From positions 17,748 to 81,747 of the forward strand of contig DATJOX010000057.1 in NCBI GenBank assembly GCA_035506675.1: 64,000 nt of DNA, given 5' to 3'. Position numbers and translations under genes: made by a program. The notes beneath the pieces are model-generated. The model was not told the DNA's origin and did no database searches. It saw only the letters and a list, made by a program, of their open reading frames with translations. Positions within the stretch are counted from its first letter, which is position 1; every line of letters starts with the position of its first letter. This stretch comes from Methanomassiliicoccales archaeon (lineage in GTDB: Archaea; Thermoplasmatota; Thermoplasmata; Methanomassiliicoccales; UBA472). Positions 8,571 to 17,053 of this stretch are shown here, one piece after another.

Positions 8571-10553
8571 TTAAGCTTTCGTCCCCCCGCCGACCGCCCC
8601 TGGCTTGCCGCTTGCGCGCGCATGCACCTCGACCCAGTTGACGTACTCCTGAACCTCCTTGGCGCCGAGGCGAAACCGGACCTCTTTGATGTCGACTTTG
8701 ACCGCGATTTCGACGCCGCCCGCATCCTCCGCCCTCTTGCGCGCGATCTCTTCCGCGACGTTCTTCGCGTGGGCGATCGCCTCTTCTTCGTGCTCGAAGT
8801 CGACGGGCTCGCGACCGGGGGCATAGACATGCAGCCTTTCGTCGCGGCTGTGGATCTCCACCATGACGCTTTCTGCCACGATCGAGCAGACAGCACCGAC
8901 GGCGTTTCCCACCTCATGGTTCTCCGGAACGACAACATTCGTTCCGAGCATCTTCTCCACCATTGGGACGTATACGTGCGCGGGTGCGCCAATGGCCACG
9001 ATCGGACGGTCAAGTGTCGCCGCCAGGTGGAATCCCTGGTCGGGATGGGCCCCAGTGATCGCGTCGAGCACATAGGTCCCGAGCCTGCCGCGGAGCATTT
9101 CGCCGGAGCCGTCCAAGAATGCCTTCTTCGAGACCTCCTCGGCTATTCTTTCCCCCATGCGCTTGAGGATCAGCTCCACCGCTTGTTCGGTCGTGCAGTC
9201 GAGCTCCTTCGCGAGAAGCTCAACCCCCGCTCTGGAAGCCTCCACGGAACCGCGCCGATATGCTCCTGTTACGTGGAGCACGTCGGTCGGCGTCAGGCCA
9301 GTGGAAATAAGATGGGTCTTCTCGGTGAGCCGTTTGATGTAGTGAGAAGCAAGGTAGACGTTCGGAAGCAGTTGATGCACCTCGCTCGCGGCGAGCGGCC
9401 CTTTGTCCCGGATGGTCTCAAACACCAGACGCTCTCCCTCGGGCAGCCCAGAGGGATCCCTCGGGATCGCGACCAGGAACTCGGTTCTCTCATGGTCGAC
9501 GATCTTCTTGAGCAGCGACGGGTTCTGGATGCACGCTTCCTCGAGCGGCAGCACCCTGTCCGGTCCGATGGTCAGCGCTCCGCTCTCCGCGCTCAGTCTC
9601 GAGTCGCCGCCCAGTCCTGCCGTCCAGATGTCGATCGCGCGCACTCTCGTCCGCCATTCGCCCACGGTCGCCCCTTCCGCCTTCAGCCTTGGGAATCCGG
9701 CGTCCAGGAAGGCGATGTCAGTGCTTGTCCCCCCGACATCGACGACGATGCAATTGTCGACGCCTGAAAGAGCCTGGCCCCCCATGAGGCTGGCCGCTGG
9801 CCCCGAGAGAATCGTCTCCACTGGATGCTCGCGTGCCTTCGCGAGACCCATAAACGTGCCATTTCCGCGGAATACCATGATGTTCGCGGTCACGTTGCGC
9901 GAGCGCATCGAGCGCTCCACGCCATCAATGAATTCACTCAGTATCGGAAGCAGGCGAGCGTTGAGGACGGCCGTGACCGTCCGCTCTCTGATCCCGAGCT
10001 CCGACGTAAGCTCCCTACCTGCGACGACCGGAAGGCCGGTCAGCTCCCTCACCCGTTCTCGGACGGCGTCTTCATGCACGGGGTTCACTATGCTGAAGAA
10101 TCCCGAGACCACGATCGACTCTACGCCGTCCATCACCGTAGCGATCGCAGCGTCGACCTGCCCGGGGTCCAATGGGGCGAGCGTTCTGCCTCGCGCATCG
10201 TGACCTCCGTCAATGAACGCCGACCTCGCGGCCCCAAGATGCCAGTCTCCATCCGGATGCCAACCGATGCCAATCAGCCCAACCCTTCCTCCCTTCCCCT
10301 GGAGGAGCGAGTTCGTGGCCAGAGTCGTACTGATGCCGACGAGCTCGATCTGCCCGACATCCACGCCCGAAGCGAGGACCTCGTCGACCGCCTTCAGAAG
10401 CCCCTCGGAGAGGTCGTGATAGGTCGTCTGCGCCTTGGCCTTCGCGAGCACTCTTCGCGTCGCCATGTCCACGATTGCGGCGTCCGTGTACGTTCCGCCT
10501 GTGTCGATGCCCAGGCCGAGCGATTTCCGTGACTTGACCGGCTCTTGCTGCAC
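8571..10553 (-). CDS. Hydantoinase/oxoprolinase A-family protein (ASKHA fold)
   Basis: GIDTGGTYTDAA, STTLATN, ILSGPAAS, DVGGTSTDI, GLGGDS motifs; 660 aa. Confidence 0.9.
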   Translation of the reverse strand: MQQEPVKSRKSLGLGIDTGGTYTDAAIVDMATRRVLAKAKAQTTYHDLSEGLLKAVDEVLASGVDVGQIELVGISTTLATNSLLQGKGGRVGLIGIGWHPDGDWHLGAARSAFIDGGHDARGRTLAPLDPGQVDAAIATVMDGVESIVVSGFFSIVNPVHEDAVRERVRELTGLPVVAGRELTSELGIRERTVTAVLNARLLPILSEFIDGVERSMRSRNVTANIMVFRGNGTFMGLAKAREHPVETILSGPAASLMGGQALSGVDNCIVVDVGGTSTDIAFLDAGFPRLKAEGATVGEWRTRVRAIDIWTAGLGGDSRLSAESGALTIGPDRVLPLEEACIQNPSLLKKIVDHERTEFLVAIPRDPSGLPEGERLVFETIRDKGPLAASEVHQLLPNVYLASHYIKRLTEKTHLISTGLTPTDVLHVTGAYRRGSVEASRAGVELLAKELDCTTEQAVELILKRMGERIAEEVSKKAFLDGSGEMLRGRLGTYVLDAITGAHPDQGFHLAATLDRPIVAIGAPAHVYVPMVEKMLGTNVVVPENHEVGNAVGAVCSIVAESVMVEIHSRDERLHVYAPGREPVDFEHEEEAIAHAKNVAEEIARKRAEDAGGVEIAVKVDIKEVRFRLGAKEVQEYVNWVEVHARASGKPGAVGGGTKA

Positions 10554-10564
10554 TCTGGTCCCCC

Positions 10565-11308
10565 CTAAGGCTTCAGCGTCTGATATACGTCGCTCAGTCC
10601 CTTGAGGACCCGGAACCCCTTCTCCGTGATCATGTAGTCGCCTCGGTCGTGACGCTGAATTATAAGCCCCGTGTCCACCAGCTTCTGGATGTGGAATAGG
10701 AGATTGCCTCCGCGTAGGCCAGTTATTTCCGCGAGCGATGAAAAGGTGCGAGCATCCTGACTGAGGGCCTTGATGATCTGCATGCGCTGCCGGTTCGACA
10801 TCGGCTCGAGAACCTGCTTGACAAGTAGCTCCTCAGGAATCTCTGAAATATGCTCTCTCGTGTCAGAAGAGGTCGAATAGATTCGCATCGAGCGCATCAG
10901 GCGCACCTGCTTCCCGAACAGGCGCGCGACCTCGTCGAAGCACTTCTCGCACTTGTCGTATGGCGCGGTCTCGCGAAGCCTATCCAGCTCGCCCTGGTTC
11001 GTGATGATCGTCTCCTCCCGAACCGTGTCCTGCTCGAGGAGCGAGGCGTTCTTCTGCAGGAAGGCGGTGAATGTCGCGCGGCACGGCTCCTTCATGTCGC
11101 ACCGCTTCACCATGTTGCGCGATAGCCCGTCGCCCACGTCCTCCATGTTCTGCGAGACCATTACCTCGAGCAGGTCGCTCCGGGCCCTTCCGGACGTGGA
11201 GTCGATCGGACGCCGCCGGACCTGCATCTGACGCAACGAACTCTCGATTTCGTCGAGTCTGCGCAGGACGAGAGTCATGCTCTTTGCGTTCTGGTCCTCA
11301 TCGCTCAT
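10565..11308 (-). CDS. Winged-helix (ArsR-like) regulator with Cys-containing N-terminal domain
   Basis: C-terminal MSNRQRMQIIKAL..GGNLLFHIQKLVDTGLI..YMITEKG; CDMKEPC and CEKC upstream; start taken at ATG 11308. Confidence 0.8.
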   Translation of the reverse strand: MSDEDQNAKSMTLVLRRLDEIESSLRQMQVRRRPIDSTSGRARSDLLEVMVSQNMEDVGDGLSRNMVKRCDMKEPCRATFTAFLQKNASLLEQDTVREETIITNQGELDRLRETAPYDKCEKCFDEVARLFGKQVRLMRSMRIYSTSSDTREHISEIPEELLVKQVLEPMSNRQRMQIIKALSQDARTFSSLAEITGLRGGNLLFHIQKLVDTGLIIQRHDRGDYMITEKGFRVLKGLSDVYQTLKP

Positions 11309-11335
11309 TGAGGTTGGAAGGCGATCTGGCTTGAT

Positions 11336-11355
11336 AAGGTTTCCCGAGAAACCTT
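11336..11355. promoter_or_regulatory. Perfect inverted repeat AAGGTTTC-N4-GAAACCTT
   Basis: Read directly; lies between the divergent regulator and MTH865 starts. Confidence 0.55.
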
Positions 11356-11377
11356 CACGGTCTGACAAGTGCACCGG

Positions 11378-11394
11378 AATGCACTAAGTGCATT
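11378..11394. promoter_or_regulatory. Perfect inverted repeat AATGCAC-N3-GTGCATT
   Basis: Read directly; same intergenic region. Confidence 0.55.
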
Positions 11395-11449
11395 TCGCTG
11401 CCGGGCATCGATATCTACCCGTGGCAATGTTCACTGGATAAGGTGTACT

Positions 11450-11692
11450 ATGTCACTCGCGAAAGAAGTGATACGCAAGCAAATCGAGCGGGCATTGGCG
11501 GACGCGAAGTTCCCGATCAAGACGCCTGGTGACCTGATCAAGGCATTCCCGAACGGTGCGGACACCACCTGCAAGTACGGGGACATGAAGATGACCGCGG
11601 GAGAGGCGGGCAAGCTCCTCAAGCCAACGGACTTCCCGTTCCAAAGCGCGAAGGCAGTCGCCGATGTGATAGTCACACGCGCCGGTCTCTGA
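11450..11692 (+). CDS. MTH865-family protein
   Basis: 80 aa from ATG 11450: AKFPIKTPGDLIKAFPNGADTTC..TAGEAGKLLKPTDFPF matches my recollection of the family signature. Confidence 0.85.
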   Translation: MSLAKEVIRKQIERALADAKFPIKTPGDLIKAFPNGADTTCKYGDMKMTAGEAGKLLKPTDFPFQSAKAVADVIVTRAGL

Positions 11693-11695
11693 CCT

Positions 11696-11770
11696 CCAAC
11701 CTTTTCCCTTTCGTTTTCAGATTCAAGCGCCTTCGCTGGCAGGGAACCAAAATAAAAGAAGTGAAACGGA
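11696..11770. terminator. Back-to-back T-rich terminators between convergent genes
   Basis: Plus strand CTTTTCCCTTTCGTTTTC after 11692; minus strand TTTCACTTCTTTTATTTT after the corrinoid gene. Confidence 0.5.
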
Positions 11771-11802
11771 AGGGGTTTGTCGAACGAATGGTCTCGGATC
11801 GT

Positions 11803-12441
11803 TTAGCCCTTTACGAGCGCAGTGGCGATCTTGACCGCCTCGATGGCGTCGTATCCCCAGGCGTCCGCGCCGATCTGGGCCGCGAACTCCTTCGAGGTCG
11901 CACCGCCACCGATCATCGTCTTGACGCCAGGCTTCATGTTGGCTTCCTTGAGCATGCGCTCGATCTCCTTCATGCCCGCCAGTGTCGGGGTCATGAGGGT
12001 GGAGGTCGCAACGATGTTCACGGACTCCGCCTTCGCCTTCTCGACGATGTTCTTCAGTGGCACATCGCGCCCGAGGTCGAAAATGGTCATGCCGGCGCCG
12101 GTGAGCATCGCCTTGACGATGTTCTTGCCGATGTCGTGCACGTCACCCTCGACGACGCAGATGACGACCTTGCCCGCCGCTCCGGCCTGTCCGACCTTGA
12201 GCTTCGGGAGCGCGACGTCCAACGCCGCGTACATCGTCTGCGCGGAGAGCAACACCTGTGGCAGGAAGTACTCCTTCTTCTCGTACTTCTGACCGACCAC
12301 TTCCATACCCTTGGAGAGTCCGTTGAAGATGATCTCCTGGGCTGTCACTCCGTTGGCCATTGCCTGCTCCGCGAGCGGCTTGGCCTCCTTTATCTTACCC
12401 TTCACAACAACTTCAGCGAGCTGTGCGAGATAGTCTGCCAA
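11803..12441 (-). CDS. Methyltransferase corrinoid (B12-binding) protein
   Basis: EGDVHDIGKNIV (DxHxxG), DLGRDVP, STLMTPT, GGGA; TTG 12441 with AGGAGG upstream; 212 aa. Confidence 0.93.
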   Translation of the reverse strand: MADYLAQLAEVVVKGKIKEAKPLAEQAMANGVTAQEIIFNGLSKGMEVVGQKYEKKEYFLPQVLLSAQTMYAALDVALPKLKVGQAGAAGKVVICVVEGDVHDIGKNIVKAMLTGAGMTIFDLGRDVPLKNIVEKAKAESVNIVATSTLMTPTLAGMKEIERMLKEANMKPGVKTMIGGGATSKEFAAQIGADAWGYDAIEAVKIATALVKG

Positions 12442-12488
12442 ACTCAACTCCCTCCTTATGGGAATTGCCTGCGGATTACAGTCGTCAA

Positions 12489-12523
12489 TATTAAAAGCTT
12501 GGATGGATGGATGTAACATCCAA
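12489..12523 (-). promoter_or_regulatory. TATA box with upstream palindromic operator for the corrinoid gene
   Basis: Minus-strand TTTTAATA at 12496-12489; TGGATGT-A-ACATCCA at 12508-12522. Confidence 0.6.
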
Positions 12524-12796
12524 ATACACTGGACGTACAGTTCAATAACCTAACAATTGATGACTGAACGTCCGGGGCGGAAGCATCGGATGAGGGCTTA
12601 ACAGACTCAAGACCCAAACTTGCGATTTGCGCACTTTCGGGTGAGGACCCTGCTCGCCAACCGTTCTTCCTTGATTCAACGCATCGATAGGCGCACCAAG
12701 TCGGGTGTTCGTCGAAGAGCGATCCGCTGAGGAAAGGATTTCGCCCTCCGTCGCCAAACGCCGCCTCCCCGCATCATGGCCACCGAGGGCTCGTGT

Positions 12797-12892
12797 TCAG
12801 TAATCATCCTCCTCGAACTGCGAGGCCCCACAGACCGGGCACTTGCCCTGGTTCTTCTTCAACACGCAACCGCAAACGATGCACTCCGGCAA
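12797..12892 (-). CDS. 31-aa CxxC/CPxCG zinc-finger microprotein
   Basis: MPECIVCGCVLKKNQGKCPVCGASQFEEDDY from TTG 12892; the rest of the track ORF looks non-coding. Confidence 0.6.
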   Translation of the reverse strand: MPECIVCGCVLKKNQGKCPVCGASQFEEDDY

Positions 12893-12947
12893 GTGAACCG
12901 CCTGGTAATAAAAAGGAATGCGTGAATAAAATGGTTTGCAGCCCGTT

Positions 12948-13676
12948 CTATCTTCTTCGCGTACGAGGGAGGCGCGAGAGCAAGCCAAGCGGGAGCAGCC
13001 CGATCTCGCTGCAGGCGTATGCGACGGCGCCGGAGAGATCGCCACGCTGAAGCACCGGAGACATCGTGCCCTCGGAGCTGATGCCAGTGAAATCCGTGCC
13101 CCTTGCGAGGGGGCTGAATGCGGGCATCACCACGATCCTTTCTTGGGGAACGTGCACGAAGCAGGGCATCTTGACGCAGGCCCCGATGTCGTCGTACAGC
13201 CTCACAGAAGGGTGCTCGTGCCCGATCACAAGCGGGCGGTCGTCGCAATCCTCGTGACCGTGCACGAAATGGACGCCACCAACCTCGCACTTGTCCTTCA
13301 TCGTGACGCCGAGCTTCGAGGCGATGGTCGCCAGGTAGTTGTCGTGGTTGCCCCTAACAACTATCACATCTCCTTGGTCCTGAAGCAGCGAGAGGAGGGC
13401 GCGCACCTCGGACCATTCTTGAGCGAGGTTGCGGGAGAATTCATGTTTGAGGTCACCAAGGATGATGAAGCGTTTCGGGGAATGGCGTTCGATGATGCGT
13501 GTGAGCGTCTCCTTCATGCGCTCGGTCTGCATTCGAGGAAGATGAAGGCCACTGTCCTCCAGTACCGACTCGTACCCGAGGTGGAGATCGGCGATCACCG
13601 CGGTCGACTCGGTTGGGAGCAGGGCGCAGAGATCGTTGCTGATCAGCAGCCCCGGGATTATCTCAAGATCCTTCAT
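12948..13676 (-). CDS. Calcineurin-like metallophosphoesterase (MJ0037/SbcD-related type)
   Basis: DLHLG, GDLKH, GNHD, HGH, GHEHP motifs. Confidence 0.9.
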   Translation of the reverse strand: MKDLEIIPGLLISNDLCALLPTESTAVIADLHLGYESVLEDSGLHLPRMQTERMKETLTRIIERHSPKRFIILGDLKHEFSRNLAQEWSEVRALLSLLQDQGDVIVVRGNHDNYLATIASKLGVTMKDKCEVGGVHFVHGHEDCDDRPLVIGHEHPSVRLYDDIGACVKMPCFVHVPQERIVVMPAFSPLARGTDFTGISSEGTMSPVLQRGDLSGAVAYACSEIGLLPLGLLSRLPRTRRR

Positions 13677-13780
13677 TCGCCCTCGACCTGATTTCCCAGG
13701 GGCGCTATTTCAACCTTGCTGGGCGGCGTTGGGTTCGGAATTTCGGACACTTTCACCGTGCCATCCGAAAACGCTTAGAG

Positions 13781-14569
13781 TTGGAAACCATACGAGTGGA
13801 CGTGATCCGGCGCACATTCATGATCCTTCCTTCCATAGGCGGAGCGACTGAGCGCCGACTTTGGCGAGAGGGCATCCTAGACTGGGACTGCTTCCTCGGA
13901 TGCCGACAAATCACTGGGATCTCCGAGACGAGGAAACACAGGCTGGACGGGCATCTCGGCATCGCCTCGGAGTTCCTGGAGCGTGGCGAGACGTCGTACT
14001 TCTACAAGCTCCTTCCATCCCGTGAGCACTGGAGGCTCCTCGAGGCGGCCGGCGATGACGTCGCCTTCCTAGACATCGAGACCAACGGTCTCGGGCAGGA
14101 TGCGATCACCACCGTCGTAGGCGTGCACAAGGGAGGCGAAGACACTGCGCTCGTCCGTGGAAGAGACCTTTCTGCCGCAAGCATCTCACGAGCCCTCCAT
14201 GGCGCCAAGCTGATCGTCACTTACAATGGGTCCACGTTCGACCTACCGATGCTGGAACGCGAGTTTCCGTTCGCGGTGCCGAGGGTCCCTCACTTCGACC
14301 TCCGCCACGGCTGCTCGAGATTGGGATACGCCGGCGGACTGAAGAGCGTCGAACGGCAGCTCGGGATCGCGCGCGACAAGGACCTTGAGTACATGACCGG
14401 TGAGCAGGCGGTCTGGCTCTGGCACGCATGGGAGCGGAAGGGGAGCGAGAACGCGCTCCGAACCCTGCTCCGGTACAATATGGAGGATGTGAAGAACCTC
14501 AAGCCGATCTCCCGCATCGTTTACGACGGTCTGATCGCGCGCTCGCTCTCGCAGGGGACGGTAGTTTGA
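13781..14569 (+). CDS. RNase H-like (YprB/RNase_H_2) exonuclease
   Basis: FLDIETNG, TYNGSTFDLP, YNMEDV acidic motifs; N-terminal SIG..TERRLW..GI..W element. Confidence 0.85.
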   Translation: METIRVDVIRRTFMILPSIGGATERRLWREGILDWDCFLGCRQITGISETRKHRLDGHLGIASEFLERGETSYFYKLLPSREHWRLLEAAGDDVAFLDIETNGLGQDAITTVVGVHKGGEDTALVRGRDLSAASISRALHGAKLIVTYNGSTFDLPMLEREFPFAVPRVPHFDLRHGCSRLGYAGGLKSVERQLGIARDKDLEYMTGEQAVWLWHAWERKGSENALRTLLRYNMEDVKNLKPISRIVYDGLIARSLSQGTVV

Positions 14570-16017
14570 ACCCTCACGAGCCGCAGGACGTCGAAGGCTT
14601 CCTCGACGCCGCCCGAGAGGCGGCGGAGGGTATCCTGACCGCAAGCAGCGCGACGGTGATCGCGCACATAGACGCCGACGGCGTCTCCGCCGCATCGATA
14701 GCGAGCAGTGCTCTAGCCCGAGCTGGCATCGAGCACCGAGTGCGTTTCGTCAAGAAGCTCGACGAGGAAGAGGCGGCGCGTGCGAACAAGGATGACAGCG
14801 AAGCCATCTGGCTGGTCGACCTAGGTTCGTCGTTGTTTTCCAAGCTCGAACATCAGGTCGTGTGCGTCACCGACCATCACATCCCTCAGGCGCACGCCGA
14901 CACCGCACTACCCAAAGGGGACCTGCTCAGCTTCACCTCGATGGGCTTCCATGTGAACCCGCACCTTTTCCACATCGATGGAGCGATAGAGCTCAGCGGC
15001 GCTGGTACCACGTACGCGGTCGCCAAGAACATGGACCCGAGGAATCAAGCATTGGCGCCGCTCGCAATCGTGGGCGCGGTGGGCGATCTGCAGGATTCGG
15101 CGACCTGCAGGCTGCGCGGCCTCAACCGCAAGATCCTCGCGGACGGCGAGCATATCGGCTCGCTGAAGATGCAGCGCGACCTGCGCCTCTTCGGAAGGGA
15201 GAGCCGACCGGTATGGCGCATGCTGCAGTACTCCACCGACCCGATGCTCCCCGGGCTCACGAACAACGAGGAGGGATGCATCTCCTTCCTGCGATCACTC
15301 GGCATCGAATTGAAGCAAGGCGACGACTGGCGTTTCTGGGTCGATCTTACTTTCGAGGAAAGAAAGACGATCGCCACCGCCCTCTGCGAGCTTCTGCTGG
15401 ACGGAGGAAACGGACACGCGGGGGTGCGTCGGCTGATCGGCGAGGTCTACACGCTCGAGAAGGAAGCGAAGCGCACGGAGCTGCATGATGCGAAGGAGTA
15501 CTCCACGCTGCTGAACGCCTGCGGTCGGTACAATCGCGCGTCGACCGGGCTGAGCATCTGCTGCGGGGACCGGGGGGAGGCGTACTCGAACGGCAAGATC
15601 CTCCTGCAGAACCACCGCGGCAACCTTGCCGAGGCGATCTCCCTCGTCAGGGAGCTGGGGGTGCAGCGCCGTGGGCACCTGCAGTGGTTCCATGGTCGTG
15701 ATGAGATCCTCGACAGCATCGTCGGCATCGTGGCCGGGATGGTGCTCGGTTCCGGGGAGGTGCCGATGGACGTGCCGATGGTCGCGTTCGCCTTCGCGGA
15801 GGACGAGAAAGTGAAGGTGTCCACGCGCGGCACGAGGCAGCTGGTTGAGTCTGGATTGGACCTCGCCCGGGCGGTGAAGCTTGCGTCCGAGAAGGTAGGC
15901 GGCATCGGCGGCGGGCACAACATCGCCGCGGGCGCGACCATCGCGATGGGCAAGGAGGAAGAGTTCCTGGACGCGATCGATGCGGTGATCGCGTCGCAGC
16001 TGCGCCCTAGCGAATGA
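14566..16017 (+). CDS. recJ: RecJ-like DHH/DHHA1 exonuclease
   Basis: HIDADG, TDHH, GDLQD, GGGHNIAAG; TTG 14566 overlaps the upstream TGA. Confidence 0.88.
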   Translation: MNPHEPQDVEGFLDAAREAAEGILTASSATVIAHIDADGVSAASIASSALARAGIEHRVRFVKKLDEEEAARANKDDSEAIWLVDLGSSLFSKLEHQVVCVTDHHIPQAHADTALPKGDLLSFTSMGFHVNPHLFHIDGAIELSGAGTTYAVAKNMDPRNQALAPLAIVGAVGDLQDSATCRLRGLNRKILADGEHIGSLKMQRDLRLFGRESRPVWRMLQYSTDPMLPGLTNNEEGCISFLRSLGIELKQGDDWRFWVDLTFEERKTIATALCELLLDGGNGHAGVRRLIGEVYTLEKEAKRTELHDAKEYSTLLNACGRYNRASTGLSICCGDRGEAYSNGKILLQNHRGNLAEAISLVRELGVQRRGHLQWFHGRDEILDSIVGIVAGMVLGSGEVPMDVPMVAFAFAEDEKVKVSTRGTRQLVESGLDLARAVKLASEKVGGIGGGHNIAAGATIAMGKEEEFLDAIDAVIASQLRPSE

Positions 16018-16918
16018 CCATCAACAGCACTGCCTTCTCCGTGTGCATGCGGTTCTCCGCCTGATCGAACACTACGCTCTGCTTGCCGTCCATCACTTCG
16101 TCGGTGATCTCCAGTCCGCGATGCGCAGGCAGGCAGTGCATCACTATCGCGTCCTTCTTCGCTTTCTTCAGAAGCGCCGCGTTGATCTGATAGGGCTTGA
16201 AGGCCTTCTCGCGTTCCTTCATCTCCTTCTCCTCCCCCATCGAGACCCAAACGTCGGTGTAGAGAACGTCGGCGCCCTTGGCTGCCGCGACCGGGTCGGT
16301 CGTTACCTCGATCTCCGTGCGGTTCTGTTTCGCTATCTTCCTACCCTCCTTGAGAAGCGCGGCGTTTGGATCATAGCCATTAGGACAGGCGGCCACGAAG
16401 TCCATGCCCACGATCGCGCATCCGAGCATGAGCGAATTGCAGACGTTGTTACCGTCGCCCACGTACGCCAGCTTCTTGCCCGCGAACTTGCCTTTCTTCT
16501 CCTTGACCGTCATCAGGTCTGCAAGAGTCTGGCAGGGATGCTCCAGATCATCGAGCGCGTTGATGACGGGGACGGTGGCGTTCTCGGCCAGTTCGATCAT
16601 GACCTGGTGGCTGAAGGCGCGGTACACGATCGCGTCCACGTAGCGGCTGAGCACCTTCGCGGTGTCAGGGACCGTCTCCCCCCGCCCCATTTGCAGATCC
16701 TTCGGGCTGAGGTAGAGCGAGTGCCCTCCCAGTTGCGTCATCCCCGCTTCGAATGAGACACGAGTGCGCGTCGAGGACTTCTCGAAGATCATCGCCAGGT
16801 TCTTGTTCTTAAGAGGCTCCCTGCCCTTGAGCGCGCCACCCTTGAGGCGCATGGCGGAGTCCAGAAGGTCCTCGAGGTCTTCCTTCACGTCGAGGATCGA
16901 GATCAGATTGAGCTTCAT
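16007..16918 (-). CDS. argF: Ornithine carbamoyltransferase
   Basis: SSTRTRVSF, HPCQ, TDVWVSMG, HCLP; start ATG 16918; 303 aa. Confidence 0.95.
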   Translation of the reverse strand: MKLNLISILDVKEDLEDLLDSAMRLKGGALKGREPLKNKNLAMIFEKSSTRTRVSFEAGMTQLGGHSLYLSPKDLQMGRGETVPDTAKVLSRYVDAIVYRAFSHQVMIELAENATVPVINALDDLEHPCQTLADLMTVKEKKGKFAGKKLAYVGDGNNVCNSLMLGCAIVGMDFVAACPNGYDPNAALLKEGRKIAKQNRTEIEVTTDPVAAAKGADVLYTDVWVSMGEEKEMKEREKAFKPYQINAALLKKAKKDAIVMHCLPAHRGLEITDEVMDGKQSVVFDQAENRMHTEKAVLLMVIR

Positions 16919-17053
16919 GAGCGACGCTTGAATCTCTAGCATCATAAGTCTATGCTGTGCGCTAGGAGACAGGCGTGGAACGGAACTGAATGGGGAAGGA
17001 CAAACGCACACTCGCAGAGACTTATGAGACACGAGCGCGTTTGACCGGACGCC

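Noticed and set aside
12524-12796. Possible cobalamin riboswitch or ncRNA upstream of the corrinoid gene
   Set aside because: No B12-box or recognisable consensus found by eye, and the region lies upstream of the apparent promoter; an Rfam scan would settle it
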